Positions 25,601 through 38,301 of a DNA stretch of 64,000 nucleotides are shown piece after piece. The DNA is from Macrostomum lignano. Lineage: Eukaryota. Within the stretch, counting starts at the first letter, position 1. Each line of letters opens with the position of its first letter. The position numbers were made by a program, and so were the translations under genes. The notes under the pieces were generated by a model. The model did not search any database, was not told where the DNA came from, and saw only the letters and a program-made list of their open reading frames with translations. Where the stretch lies: contig NIVC01000070.1 in the NCBI GenBank assembly GCA_002269645.1, positions 434,001 through 498,000 on the forward strand, given 5' to 3'.

Positions 25601-28600
25601 GAAAAAATGCAAAATATACAATCGGTTTATAAGTATTCGTCTCTTAGATACAAAAGTATACTAGGACTAAGTATACTAGTAGGATAAAAGCATATCTGTT
25701 TTATTGCGTATGTTGCCAAATATTGCCAAATCTTGTCCTGTCTCTGGTTTACAATGAAAATTTGCCAGCCCACCCCCTCTAACACAGATCATCTCTGCTC
25801 AGCCAGAGGTGACAAGCCGTCTCGAGCTGACTGATGAGGGTCGCCAAGTTGCCGACCATGGCAGCCACGAGGCTGTGCTGTTTGCCAGCGTGCCAGCTGG
25901 CGATGGCGCACCGCAGAGCGAGCTGATGAAGTCTGTGCCCAATGCGAAAATCGGGTTTAGCAAGGTTTGTTTAACCCAAGTTTAACTTGGCTTTTTTAAC
26001 TACAGGATCAGATATAGAAATCTGATCAGATATAGGAGAGAGGAGAGGAGAAAGGTAAGGAGAGAGGAGAAAGGTAAGGAGAGAGGAGAGGAGAAAGGTA
26101 AGGAGAGAGGAGAAAGGTAAGGAGAGAGGAGAGGAAAAAGCTGAGAAGAGACAAACCTTTTGGCCCTCAAGCCGGATTTTGCCGAGCCCTGACTTGAATA
26201 TATCTACATCATTTATACTCGTACAGGCTACTTATAAATAGAACTTAGCACTATTTTGGGTTTTAAATAGCTCAGCTCTCTTTTAGACAGAGGATGCTGG
26301 CCATGACTTTGTATCCGAGGTGTCGTTCTCTATATAATAATTTTAAGTATTATTCTGAACCCTAAAAGTTTGAAACATTATCCCCTGGGCTTTGCCAGGC
26401 CCTGGCTAACAGATGGATCCGCCTAGACAAATCTGCTCAGGGTGGACCGCGAGTTTATCGCCAAGTTGAGTCCGTGTCCGACCGAATCCGTCACTGCCTA
26501 CAGATGGTTGCCGCTCTTAGCCTTGACAGCTTGACAGCCGAGGAGCGAGCCGAGCTCAAGAAGCGCAAACTGGTGCAGGAGGGCCGGGTTACAGTCTATA
26601 GGGTTGCTAAGTGAGCTGAGTACTGTTGCTGTTCGGGTTGCTATGGGACTGTTTGGTTTAGTTAGCCTGTAGACTGTAGTCTAGTCTGTATTGTGCTGTA
26701 GCCTAGTCTGTAGTTTGCTGTAGTCTAGGCTGTATTTTGATTTAGTCTAGGCTGTAGTTTGCTGTAGTCTAGCCTGTAGTGTGATGTAGTCTAGCCTGTA
26801 GTGTGATGTAGTCTAGCCTGTAGTGTGATGTAGTCTAGCCTGTAGCCTGCTGTAGTCTAGCCTGTAGCCTGCTGTAGTCTAGCCTGTAGCCTGCTGTAGT
26901 CTAGCCTGTAGTGTGATGTAGTCTAGCCTGTAGCCTGCTGTAGTCTAGCCTGTAGTCTGCTGTAGTCTAGCCTGTAGTGTGATGTAGTCTAGCCTGTAGC
27001 CTGCTGTAGTCTAGCCTGTAGTCTGCTGTAGTCTAGCCTGTAGTGTGATGTAGTCTAGCCTGTAGCCTGCTGTAGTCTAGCCTGTAGTCTGCTGTAGTCT
27101 AGCCTGTAGTGTGATGTAGTCTAGCCTGTAGCCTGCTGTAGTCTAGCCTGTAGCCTGCTGTAGTCTAGCCTGTAGTCTGCTGTAGTCTAGTCTGTAGTCT
27201 AGCCTGTAGTCTGCTGTAGTCTAGCCTGTAGCCTGCTGTAGTCTAGTCTGTAGTCTGCTGTAGTCTAGCCTGTAGTGTGATGTAGTCTGGCCTGTAGTCT
27301 GCTGTAGTCTAGCCTGTAGTGTGATGTAGTCTAGCCTGTAGTCTGCTGTAGTCTAGCCTGTAGCCTGCTGTAGTCTAGTCTGTAGTCTGCTGTAGTCTAG
27401 CCTGTAGTGTGATGTAGTCTAGTCTGTAGTCTAGCCTGTAGTGTGATGTAGTCTAGCCTGTAGTCTGCTGTAGTCTAGCCTGTAGTCTGCTGTAGTCTAG
27501 CCTGTAGTGTGATGTAGTCTAGCATGTACTGTAGACTTTTGGACTCCTTTACGGTCTGAAAGTTAAGGCTAACTGAAAAGGAATTGAAGATCGAAGATGA
27601 TAAATCGACCAACTCTGAGCAACACTACCGCCTCACCAAATCCGCCACACAGAGGCCCAGCCTTCACCCTAACCCTGGCCAAGGAGGAAACCGAACTCAC
27701 CGCCGAGATGCTGGCCACCGGCGTCTGGCAGACTCTGACATTCAAAGCGTACAATTTCAAAGCTCTGGGCCAGCAACCCGACTGCGGTCATCTGCATCCT
27801 CTGCTGAAGGTTCGCGCCGAATTCCGACAGATCTTCTTGGAGATGGGCTTCCAGGAGATGCCCACCAATCGGTACGTTGAGAGTAGCTTCTGGAATTTCG
27901 ACGCGTTGTTCCAGCCACAGCAGCATCCGGCTAGGGACGCTCACGACACCTTCTTCCTAACTGAGCCGGCCGCCTGTCGGCTGGATGCTGAGCAGGCCGA
28001 CGGCTACCTGGCCAGGGTCAAGGCTGTGCATAGCAACGGCGGCTACGGCTCGATTGGCTACAACTACGATTGGAAAGAGTCGGTGAGTGAGGGGGTGTTA
28101 GGAGGCTCGCAATTCCCTGATTTTCAACCTGGGATCCCCAATTTACCAATTTATGATCCTCAACCTGTGATCCCCAATTTTTGATCCTCAACCTGTGATC
28201 CCCGATTTATGATCCTCAACCTGTGATCCCGATTTATGATCCTCAACCTGTGATCCCAAATTTATGATCCTCAACCTGTGATCCCCAATTTATGATTCCT
28301 CAACCTATGATCACCAATTTATGATCCTCAGTTATGACCCCAATTTACGAGCTATTGTCCCCTATCTATGATTCCCTTATTTATAATCCCCTATCTGTGA
28401 TCTCCAGTATCTTATTAATTTGTAATCCACGATCCCACTAGTTGGTCTCCAAAACTCCTTTCCCCGACTCTCTGATTCCACAAGTCACTTTAACTTGAAT
28501 ACTCATGAGTACTCCTAAGGTGTAAAATATGTTGTAAGTGGCATGTTATAAGTTCAACTTTCTTCATCTTATATAATTTTCTATTTTCCAACTCCAGGAG

Positions 28601-29140
28601 GCCCAGAAGAACATACTCCGCACGCACACCACCGCAGTGAGCGCCCGGATGCTGTACCAGCTGGCCCAGCAGCCCCAGTTCCAGCCGACCAAGTACTTCA
28701 GCATCGATCGGGTGTTCCGCAACGAGTCACTGGACGCTACGCACCTGGCCGAGTTCCATCAAATTGAGGGCCTAGTAGCGGATTACAATTTGAATCTGTG
28801 CCATCTCATGGGCATTATTCGTGAATTCTTTCACAAGCTGGGGATTCGGCGCCTGCGATTCAAGCCGGCTTATAATCCCTACACTGAGCCTAGCATGGAG
28901 ATTTTCTCTTATCACGAGGGTCTGGGCAAGTGGGTTGAAATTGGCAATTCCGGCGTGTTCAGGCCCGAGATGCTATTGCCCATGGGCCTGCCGGAGTCTG
29001 TGTCCGTCATCGCCTGGGGCCTGTCGTTGGAGCGGCCAACTATGATCAAGTACGGTATTAATAACATCAGAGATCTGATCGGGCCGAAGGTCGATTTGAA
29101 GATGGTCAGTGTGGGACCGATCTGTCGGCTGGATAAATAA
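22691..29140 (+). CDS. FARSA: Phenylalanyl-tRNA synthetase alpha subunit, cytoplasmic; exons 22691-22828, 25788-25964, 26399-26610, 27653-28082, 28598-29140 (~499 aa)
   Basis: Motifs [82 protein letters not shown]. All four GT-AG introns are phase-consistent (0, 0, 2, 0). Confidence 0.97.
26036..26140 (+). repeat. Purine-rich GAGAGGAGAAAGGTAAG repeat in FARSA intron 2
   Basis: About four direct units. Confidence 0.85.
26665..27530 (+). repeat. Compound TGTAGTCTAGCC / TGTAG(T/C)CTGC / TGTAGTGTGA minisatellite filling FARSA intron 3
   Basis: 10- and 12-bp subunits alternating into ~22-bp dimers. Confidence 0.95.
28125..28400 (+). repeat. ~28-bp minisatellite (ATTTATGATCCTCAACCTGTGATCCCCA) in FARSA intron 4
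   Basis: Direct tandem units, decaying rightwards. Confidence 0.9.
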
Positions 29141-30267
29141 CTGATTTGTTGTTGATTCGTTTAAACCATCTAGTTTGCGCCGTCTTGACTCTGCAATCTT
29201 GAGGAATGGCCGTGGTATAGTGGCGTAGGAAATTTGGGGTGGTGGCGTTTGAGAGGCCGGTCATAAAATCTGCAGGGCGAGCGGTCAAGTGGGGTAGGAA
29301 ATTTGGGGTGGTGGCTTTGAGAGGCCGGTCAAAAAATCCGCATTAGTAGTACGTCGTATTATTAATAAAAAGAAGCTAGCATTAATCAGTGAAGTTTTTC
29401 AGATCTGTGACTCGTGACAACGGGCACTTAAAGTAACTGATAACAGCTTATTCAAATATTAGCTTGTTTTCTTATTAGGAAAAATGCTTTTACTGCCGCT
29501 TATAAGTAGTATAATAAGCCATGTTTGTTCTCTGTTGTTTAAAACATTAAATTAGAAATCTATTGAACTGTGGCCTCTGATGTTCTATCTAAAACTGGCA
29601 AACGGTACGTCTGACAAGTTTTGATGCACTTGTTTTCTGAGAAATAAATTGTTGTTGACTTGTAAACAAGTTTATTGACGCGAACGGATGGCGGCTGGGG
29701 TGGAACTTTGTCTTGGTCTTAGCTGTCATTTCATTCTACTTTACCTTTAGTTCTTATATCCTAATTAGCACAGCATGTTGTCTTCCTCTGCTTTGATCGC
29801 CTACCTAAGAATGAAAACTTAAATCCCGATTCTTAATTAGGGAGCTACAGATGAAGCGGAGGCTGACTTCAATTCTGTGGTTAGATGTTTGAGTTCTTTT
29901 TAATTCCCGGCGAGCCCATAGCAACGCCAGCGCAGCTATCCCGCCGCAGATGAGCTAGATAGATGGGCTGTTGCCTCTTTCTCTGCTTCCTGATTTGCAT
30001 TTTTGCTGCTCAAAAATACCCTGAATCTCCCTGAACTGAAATTCTGCAACGGTAGACGGCAAAGCGGATTGTAGAGATGTCTGTCCTGCTCTGTAAATTA
30101 TTTTTCTGACATTATTTATTACAGGAGATACTCAGTGCAATATAGCTTTGCTGCTGTCTAGTAGCTCTGGGGCTAATATTATGATAACAACTGCTATCTC
30201 AGTCTAACACGCGTTCCTAAGACTGAAATTGAAGGCATCTTGTGCTCTTGTACTTTGGATCGTTTGC

Positions 30268-30895
30268 GATCCTGAGTCGTGTCATTTGTGATCCTGAGTC
30301 GAGTCATTTGTGATCCTGAGTCGAGTCATTTGTGATCCTGAGTCGAGTCATTTGTGATCCTAAGTCGTGTCATTTGTGATCCTGAGTCCAGTAATTTGTG
30401 ATCCTAAGTCGTGTCATTTGTGATCCTGAGTCCAGTAATTTGTGATCCTGAGTCGAGTCATTTGTGATCCTGAGTCGAGTCATTTGTGATCCTAAGTCGA
30501 GCCATTCGTGATCTTGAGTCGAGTCATTCGTGATCCTGAGTCGTGTCATTTGTGATCCTGAGTCGTGTCATTCGTGATCTTGAGTCGAGTCATTCGTGAT
30601 CCTGAGTCGTGTCATTTGTGATCCTGAGTCGTGTCATTCGTGATCTTGAGTCGAGTCATTCGTGATCCTGAGTCGTGTCATTTGTGATCCTGAGTCGTGT
30701 CATTTGTGATCCTGAGTCGTGTCATTCGTGATCCTGAGTCGTGTCATTTGTGATCCTGAGTCGTGTCATTTCTGATCCTGAGTCCAGTAATTTGTGATCC
30801 TGAGTCGTGTCATTTGTGATCCTGAGTCGAGTCATTTGTGATCCTGAGACCAGTCGTTTGTGATCCTGAGTCGAGTCATTTGTGATCCTGAGTCG
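30268..30895 (+). repeat. 22-bp minisatellite (TGTGATCCTGAGTCGTGTCATT)
   Basis: Direct tandem units. Confidence 0.95.
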
Positions 30896-31254
30896 ACTGA
30901 TTTTGCATGCCAACGGATTAGTGTAATTAGCAATTTCTCTGAAACCCCGTTTCCATCAAAGGTGGATTCATTTTTTGCTTTAGATTTGCTGTTTCCCACT
31001 GTCAATGGGCTGCTGTGTGATGCGTTTTTTTTAAATTGCAGTTCGGGACTTGGCCGCAAAAAATCTACCGACTATCAATTAAAGTTGAGTTCTCTCTATT
31101 GAATTCCTGTTCCATACTGATTGCCAATAGGATGTACTTTAACCTTAGTTGACTTGTTTACTACATATCCAGGCGGTTTCAGTTCGAGATTTACTGTCTC
31201 AATTTCGTATTCGCTAATGCCTCTATATTTTACACTTAGGATATATGACTATGT

Positions 31255-31520
31255 ACTATGAACTATGAACAGTTACATAATCTAGGCTGTGAACAGTTGC
31301 ATAATCTAGGCTATGAACAGTTGCATTATCTAGGCTATGAACAGTTGCATTATCTAGGCTATGAACAGTTGCATTATCTAGGCTATGAACAGTTGCATAA
31401 TCTAGGCTGTGAATAGTTACATAATCTAGGCTGTGAATAGTTGCATAATCTAGGCTGTGAATAGTTGCATAATCTAGGCTGTGAACAGTTGCATAATCTA
31501 GGCTGTGAACAGTTGCACAT
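31255..31520 (+). repeat. 24-bp minisatellite (CTATGAACAGTTGCATTATCTAGG)
   Basis: About 11 direct units. Confidence 0.9.
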
Positions 31521-32089
31521 TTAGGGGATTAGTTGAACCCTGAACTAAAATGGGATTTACTTTAGATTTTGTGTCAGTTTGTACGAGTTTTCGGTATGTG
31601 GAGAGGCTTGGGCTTAGGAAGCGAAATCTATCAACAATAATGCATATATTGTATAAGTTTGCTGCCAAGATTATCACTATAATTACTTTCACTATCTTGC
31701 GCCACTCGGGCAGTCCGCAGTCTTCATCTTATAAGGCCTTTGGTTTTGTAATTAACTGTGCAAATTTCGCTAGCAGAGCCCGCTGCAGCCCAGTTGCTTC
31801 GCTGCGCCCAAATTGACTTTTTAACGAAGCGTGCGCTGGGTTCGATATTTCGGATTGCTGCTTTCTTAGCTGGGATTGCCTCAGTTTGTGTCTTGGGCTG
31901 CTTCGATTGTACTTTTATGTCGGTCAAATTCTTTTGTAGAAATTAATGAGCGCGAGAGCCGTTCCTTTTTGACTGAGCAAAAACTCGTAAAACTTGCAGG
32001 CCCGTGTGGAGAATCTTAACGCAATAGTTGCGTAAATTGCTTGGCTTCTTTTTATCAAAATTTCAGTTTTTTCCTTTTTCTGAGCTACT

Positions 32090-32540
32090 TTCATCTTCTC
32101 TGTCCTGCACTTTTTCTGCTCCCTTCCTCTCACAGCTTCTCCACTCTAACCTCATCTCACCCTCCTACCCACTTCACCCTCATCTCAGCCTCCCCACTCC
32201 ACCCTCATCTCACCCTCCTACCCACTCCACCCTCATCTCACCCTCCTACCCACTCTACCTTCATCTCAGCTTCCTCCTCACTCTACCTTCATATCACCCT
32301 CCTACCCACTCTACCCTCCTCAGCCTCCCAACTCCACCCTCATCTCACCCGCCTCCCCTCTACCTTCATCTCCTCTCCCCTTTCCTCCTTTTTCCTTAAT
32401 CCTATCATCTACCGCTTATCCCCAACCCTCTCCTAGCTATCCTCTGTTCCCTTTTCTTGTTTTTTCTCTCTTTCCATTACAGCCCTACTCTCAGCTTTCT
32501 TTGTTCCACGGCACCTTCTGTCTGCTTCTCACTTTTTATC
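32090..32540 (+). repeat. Pyrimidine-rich low-complexity tract upstream of the CISD3-like gene
   Basis: CT-rich, with recurring CCTACCCACTC(C/T)ACC units; ends at the acceptor-like TTTTCAG (32551-32557). Confidence 0.8.
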
Positions 32541-32664
32541 CCCTTGTATTTTCAGACGCATTATGAGTTACAATCGCAATCTTGTTGACAAATAGCGACT
32601 AATCTTGAATTGATATTTTTAGGATTTTAGGAGTTTCAGGGTCCCTATCTTGAGTTAATGAAAA

Positions 32665-33183
32665 ATGCTCAAACCGATTCATGCCGAGATGCAGAAAGCA
32701 TTTACAATCTGCTGCGGCAGAACTGGCCACAGCCTGTTCAGCCAGCCTGTCCGTCACGGCCGCTACCTCATGCCCGGCTCGCTGCACCTGCCATTTCACC
32801 AGCGATTCGACGTCAACACCGGAGACCGATTGCCAAACCCGCACCCGGAGACTCCCCGCTACAAGTCCCTGTCGCCCAGCAGGCCGCCGGCCATCCAGAA
32901 GACCAAGCCGTTCCGTTTCGAAGCCAAGGCTGGCAAAACCTACTGGTGGTGCAGCTGCGGTCTGTCTCACACGCAGCCGCTCTGCGACGGGCATCACAAG
33001 CGGATTAATAAGCTGATTGACGCCGGTCACTACACTGTCAACTATCCGAATTACCGACCAGTTAAACTCTGCTTAGATGAGGACAAGGCCGTGTGGCTGT
33101 GCCAGTGCAAGCGGACTAAATCGCCACCTTATTGCGATGGCAGTCACAGAAATCCTGAGGTGCAACAGGTTAAAGAGGTCTGA
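32665..33183 (+). CDS. CISD3: CDGSH iron-sulfur domain protein with two 2Fe-2S motifs (CISD3/MiNT-like), single coding exon, 172 aa
   Basis: WWCSCGLSHTQPLCDGHH and WLCQCKRTKSPPYCDGSH; the N-terminal extension is compatible with mitochondrial targeting (inference). Confidence 0.88.
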   Translation: MLKPIHAEMQKAFTICCGRTGHSLFSQPVRHGRYLMPGSLHLPFHQRFDVNTGDRLPNPHPETPRYKSLSPSRPPAIQKTKPFRFEAKAGKTYWWCSCGLSHTQPLCDGHHKRINKLIDAGHYTVNYPNYRPVKLCLDEDKAVWLCQCKRTKSPPYCDGSHRNPEVQQVKEV

Positions 33184-33344
33184 TAAAGTAGATTTGGATG
33201 CTGGCTGACTGTGTGTGACTTCTTATTTTGTCATCTTGAATCACTTTTAATGTCTGGTGCTTGTTTCGCGTTGGCAACGGGTTCTTTAGATCCAATTGTT
33301 AGTATATTAGATTTAATTAGCTGCCTTTTAACACTCCTTGAGGC

Positions 33345-33957
33345 CACCCCCTCCCTGAGAATCGGCCACCACCCCTCTGAGAATCGCCCATCACACACCT
33401 CCCTGAGAATCGCCCATCACACCCCTCCCTGAGAATCGCCCATCACACCCCTCCCTGAGAATCGCCCATCACACCCCTCCCTGAGAATCGCCCATCACAC
33501 CCCTCTCTGAGAATCGCCCATCACACCCCTTCCCTGAGAATCGCCCATCACACTCCTCTCTGAGAATCGCCCATCACACCCCTCCCTGAGAATCGCCCAT
33601 CACACCCCTCCCTGAGAATCGCCCATCACACCCTCTCTGAGAATCGCCCATCACACCCCTCCCTGAGAATCGCCCATCACACCCCTCCCTGAGAATCGCC
33701 CATCACACCCTCTCTGAGAATCGCCCATCACACCCCTCCCTGAGAATCGCCCATCACACCCTTGAGAATCGCCCATCACACCCCTCCCTGAGAATCGCCC
33801 ATCACACCCTTGAGAATCGCCCTTCACACCCTTGAGAATCGCCCTTCACACCCTTCGGTATCGCCCTTCACACCCTTCAGTATCGCCCTTCACACCCTTG
33901 AGAATCGCCCTTCACACCCTTGAGAATCGCCCTTCACACTCCTGAGAATCGCCCATC
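33345..33957 (+). repeat. ~26-bp minisatellite (CCCTGAGAATCGCCCATCACACCCCT)
   Basis: Direct tandem units. Confidence 0.95.
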
Positions 33958-34387
33958 CTGCTGCCGGGAATTTGTATTATAAAAATTTGCTTCAAAAAAC
34001 TTGCAATTCAACTTGTTAAAATTGTCACCACTTCCTGCATTGTTTCAGTTTTTGCTTATGTGGAGTTTTTTTGGCTATGGCCGATTTTATTCAAGCCATC
34101 CTGAACCAGCATTCAGTGCTTTAATCCATCCGGAATTCAATGTCTGAATTGCATTCATGATTTGAAAAGATTTGAACGGAAGGCTAAAGAAAGATATTCG
34201 CTTTTCCATGTTGCATTAGGAATACGCATTGGCCATTGTCATCAGCTTCAAATTAATACAACAGACAAGTCGCTTAAGAAATTAGTTTTGTCAATTATAA
34301 TTAATCTTATACGGCAGCTTTCTGTTGAATTAAAATTATTTTAGTCTCCGAAGGCATTTTTTATATGACGTCTTCTATATGCTTTAC

Positions 34388-34778
34388 CTTCTACTATTTA
34401 TATCTTAGCTCAGCCAGTCTACCGCCTGTCTGGCATCCCACTCAGCCAGTCTACCCGCGGTCTGGCATCTCACTCAGCCAGTCTACCCGCTGTCTGGCAT
34501 CTCACTCAGCCAGTCTACCCACTGTCTGGCATCTCACTCAGCCAGTCTACCCGCGGTCTGGCATCTCACTCAGCCAGTCTACCCGCTGTCTGGCATCTCA
34601 CTCAGCCAGTCTACCCATTGTCTGACATCTCACTCAGCCAGTCTACCGGCTGTCTGGCATCTCACTCAGCCAGTCTACCGGTTGTCTGGCATGTCACTCA
34701 GCCAGTCTACCCGCTGTCTGGCATCTTACTCAGCCAGTCTACCCGCTGTCTGGCATCTCACTCAGCCAGTCTACCCGT
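34388..34778 (+). repeat. 32-bp minisatellite (CTCAGCCAGTCTACCCGCTGTCTGGCATCTCA)
   Basis: About 12 direct units. Confidence 0.95.
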
Positions 34779-35289
34779 TGACTACCCTTTCAATGTGCAT
34801 TTCAAGCATGTCCTGCTACCTTATAGAACCCTCTGTACAATCCAAAAACAGACAGACAGACAAAAGTCTCATGGTTGTGCCCTCAGCTGCACATTATTCA
34901 GTCCTATTCTTTTCTCGCGTGTAAGCAAATTGCTTGTGAATGAAAGCAAGCTTTGTAAGAGGTGTTGTGTTGTAAGTGGTGATTAGCCGAGCCGAGCTAA
35001 TCACCACCCTGTCTGTGTCCAAATTGCACACCTCGTGATGGCCAGGCCATAGGTAATGCTTTTTCTACGAATTCACTTGCCTATCTTCACCTATATCTGC
35101 CGAAATTATTGTTTTTGTTTAAAGAGGGAATTCCAAGCCATTAGGGAGAAGGCGAGATGGAAGCCATGCATATATCTGACGCCCATAAGTCTGGACTAAG
35201 ATTTGTACTTTTGGACAGGTTGACCTCGCCAAATTGCACTTTTAATTGCATAATAAAAGGTTTTTAGAACCCGAAAATTTGAAGTATGA

Positions 35290-36230
35290 CAAGCGATCTA
35301 CGCCCCTCGTTGGGGAGCAAAGAAAGAATGTAATAATTTAAAAAAAATAAACTACACATAGGTTCTGACCTTAGACTTTGTAAGCCTTGCCATCTCAGCA
35401 ATTTTCCCTAAGCCTTGACATCTCAGCAATTCCCCCCAAGCCTTGACATCTCAGCAATTCCCTCCCCAAGCCTTGACATCTCAGCAATTCCCCCCCAAGC
35501 CTTGACATCTCAGCAATTCCCCCAAGCCTTGACATCTCAGCAATTCCCCCCCAAGCCTTGACATCTCAGCAATTCCCTCCCCAAGCCTTGACATCTCAGC
35601 AATTCCCCCCCAAGCCTTGACATCTCAGCAATTCCCCCCAAGCCTTGACATCTCAGCAATTCCCCCCCAAGCCTTGACATCTCAGCAATTCCCTCCCCAA
35701 GCCTTGAAATCTCAGCAATTCCCCCCCCCCAAGCCTTGACATCTCAGCAATTCCCCCCCAAGACTTAACATCTCAGCAATCCCCCCAAGACTTAACATCT
35801 CAGCAATTCCCCCAAGACTTAACATCTCAGCAATTCCCCCTCAAGACTTGACATCTCAGCAATTCCCCCTTAAGACTTGACATCTCAGCAATTCCCCCTC
35901 AAGACTTGACATCTCAGCAATTCCCCCTTAAGACTTGACATCTCAGCAATTCCCCCTCAAGACTTGACATCTCAGCAATTCCCCCTCAAGACTTGACATC
36001 TCAGCAATTCCCCCTCAAGACTTGACATCTCAGCAATTCCCCCTCAAGACTTGACATCTCAGCAATTCCCCCTCAAGACTTGACATCTCAGCAATTCCCC
36101 CCCCCCAAGACTTAACATCTCAGCAATTACCCCAGTAAGCTTTGAAATCTCAGCAATTCCCCCCAAGCGCTGACGTCTCAGCAATTCCCCCCAAGTCTTG
36201 ACATCTCAGCAAATCCCCCCCAAGACTTGA
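35290..36230 (-). mobile_element. Helitron 3' fragment carrying a ~28-30-bp array (AAGCCTTGACATCTCAGCAATTCCCCC, 35385-36230)
   Basis: Minus strand ends CTCCCCAACGAGGGGCGTAGATCG-CTTG^T, a CTAG-to-CTTG variant of the family 3' end. The array core GCTGAGATGTCAAGGCTT also occurs at 15550-16490 in the Helitron at 11030-16730. Confidence 0.65.
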
Positions 36231-36932
36231 AATATGATTGACTTTGTGAGGCTAATTGAGAAGTGCCCTAAAGCTCAACCATGGACTGCAAAATACATTT
36301 GCAGGGCAGGAATTCTATCAATTTGTAGTATCGCAGAGTTTTGCGCAATGTCAGTCGAGAGAAGAGAGATAGAAGGAACTTAAATTTCCCTGGAACTTTG
36401 CTTGCTTGATTGCTTGCCAGTTTCCGATAGTGTTTATGAAAAATCGCTTCAAAAACATGTCAACTAACCTTGGACAAAACACATCCACGAGGAGTCCACA
36501 AGGAGAGATATTGCACCGAAAACCGGTCTCCCGTCCTGCTTTAGCTTTTCATGAGCTTTGACCATAGACTAAACCACAAAGAAGAATCGTTAAATATCTC
36601 GACGGTCCGGAGGGCTGGCGACTTGATTCCTGTTTGAGAGGATGCGCAACAAAAAGTTAGGCTGCGTTATTGACGTCTGCTTGCGTTGCTCCGTTCCGGC
36701 GCAACAAAAATTGCCAGGGAAAATCAATCACCCTCTCCCTTTGGTAGTTCAACATGACATACTTAAGTTATCCTTACTTATTAAGAATACTCGCAGTAAA
36801 TTGATCCTAAATGCATTATTAGCGTCATACTTGCAAACTGACAATGACTCATCATTTTGCATCTCATTAACCTGCACGCAAATGTATGTTAACGCTCGTA
36901 CTGCGTGTTGCGGTCCTTCCTACATATAAAAA

Positions 36933-37409
36933 TCTAAATATACTAAATCTCTAAGGTTTGTATGCTTGAATGTCCATAACGCTCTAGAGACTGCAATTCT
37001 TCACCGATTTTGATCGCGTTTTCGCCAAAATTTATATACTAAATATTTAGATAGAGCATACCTCTCATAGTAGCTATGCTAAATACTGAGAAAGAAAACA
37101 TCTGTCGACGATAGTATTTGGTTTGAGCACTGGGTGCAGAAGCTAAGAGTATTTTTGAAAATAGGCAGAAATAAGCTTTGCACACAGAACTGATGAAGAA
37201 CATCTTACGGATCGAATTGCCCCACGGACATCTGCTGTCTCTTTTTTAAAGACTGATCATGCGTCGACAGATTCCTATGGGGAGAATGTAGCAAACTTTA
37301 AGGGCATATCTTGACCGCAGGCGCTTCAGATGGGTGATAATTAGTATAGTCTCGCTTCATCATCGTCTATTACGCAATTACGCGAGTTCTGATCGCGTCA
37401 TCAAGCTAG
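36933..37409 (+). mobile_element. Possible short Helitron-like element of another subfamily
   Basis: A^TCTAAATATACTA start; ACGCGA-7nt-TCGCGT hairpin 7 nt before CTAG at 37406-37409. The 3' flank is A, not T, which weakens the call. Confidence 0.35.
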
Positions 37410-37581
37410 AACTAGCTTACTGTGCACATGGAGCGTCATTACACCTGTTCGTACCTTTTGATAACACTTGGGTTCAGCACCCGAACGGACCCCAGGTTCT
37501 GCAGTTTTAAAATTCTGAAATTCGGTTGCTAATTAATAAATTGTCGATTTAATGGTAATAGTTTGTATCGAAAACCTGGGA

Positions 37582-37900
37582 GGGGGCCGCAGCGCAGTGG
37601 TCCAGCGCGGCGCTCTGATGTGCCAGCAGCCCAGGTTCGATTCCAAGTGCAGTCGCATTAATTTGGGGCTAAATTGGAATCTCGGCTTTGGCTCTGCTCC
37701 TGCAATTAATGCCTTTGAAGGCCTCCCCCCAAAACACAGTGAAGTGTTCATGCCTATAACGATAAATAAAGTTAGGGCCGCTGTACACTCCTGTGTGAGT
37801 GTGTTCCCGGGCGTATGACTGCGTACGTATCCGCGCGTTTGAATTGTGTGTCTGCTCAGGGGGGTCGGCGGAACGGGCAGCAATGCCTCTCGCTGGTTCT
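37582..37900 (+). mobile_element. tRNA-derived SINE, family A (most complete copy)
   Basis: GGGGGCCGCAGCGCAGTGGTCC A-box-like head, GGTTCGATTCC B-box at 37634-37644; three other copies in the window. Confidence 0.8.
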
Positions 37901-38301
37901 GCCATGCCTCGAATTGCATCGAAAACAGTATTTTGCGAGTGTCATCTATAAGCCAAACTGCAAAGGTAGTTTCTGCGTTTATTCACGTCTAAGTGTCTCC
38001 TACATGGAAACTATACAGTGCTCATACGCTCGTAAAGACAGTCTCCAGGCTGCCAGTTACTTTCGCAATCGGGAATTCTCCCGAGCAGCCATGCCACTGC
38101 ATCGTGATTGGCTGCCTCTATGCAGCTTCTCGAACTCCTCATCCGCTTTTGAGAAACCTTGTTATTAACAAGACTTTAAGACAGAGCAAATCAGCAGGTC
38201 TCGCTCGAATTCAACTGGAATCAACTTCATCTAAGCTTGGTTGACTAAAGCAGAAATTTTCCCTGAAAACAGCTATCGTGTTGTTCGATTCGAAAATAGA
38301 A

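Noticed and set aside
29219-29338. ~68-bp tandem duplication resembling a CAGTGGCGTAG MITE end, 3' of FARSA
   Set aside because: No matching opposite terminus or TSD found.
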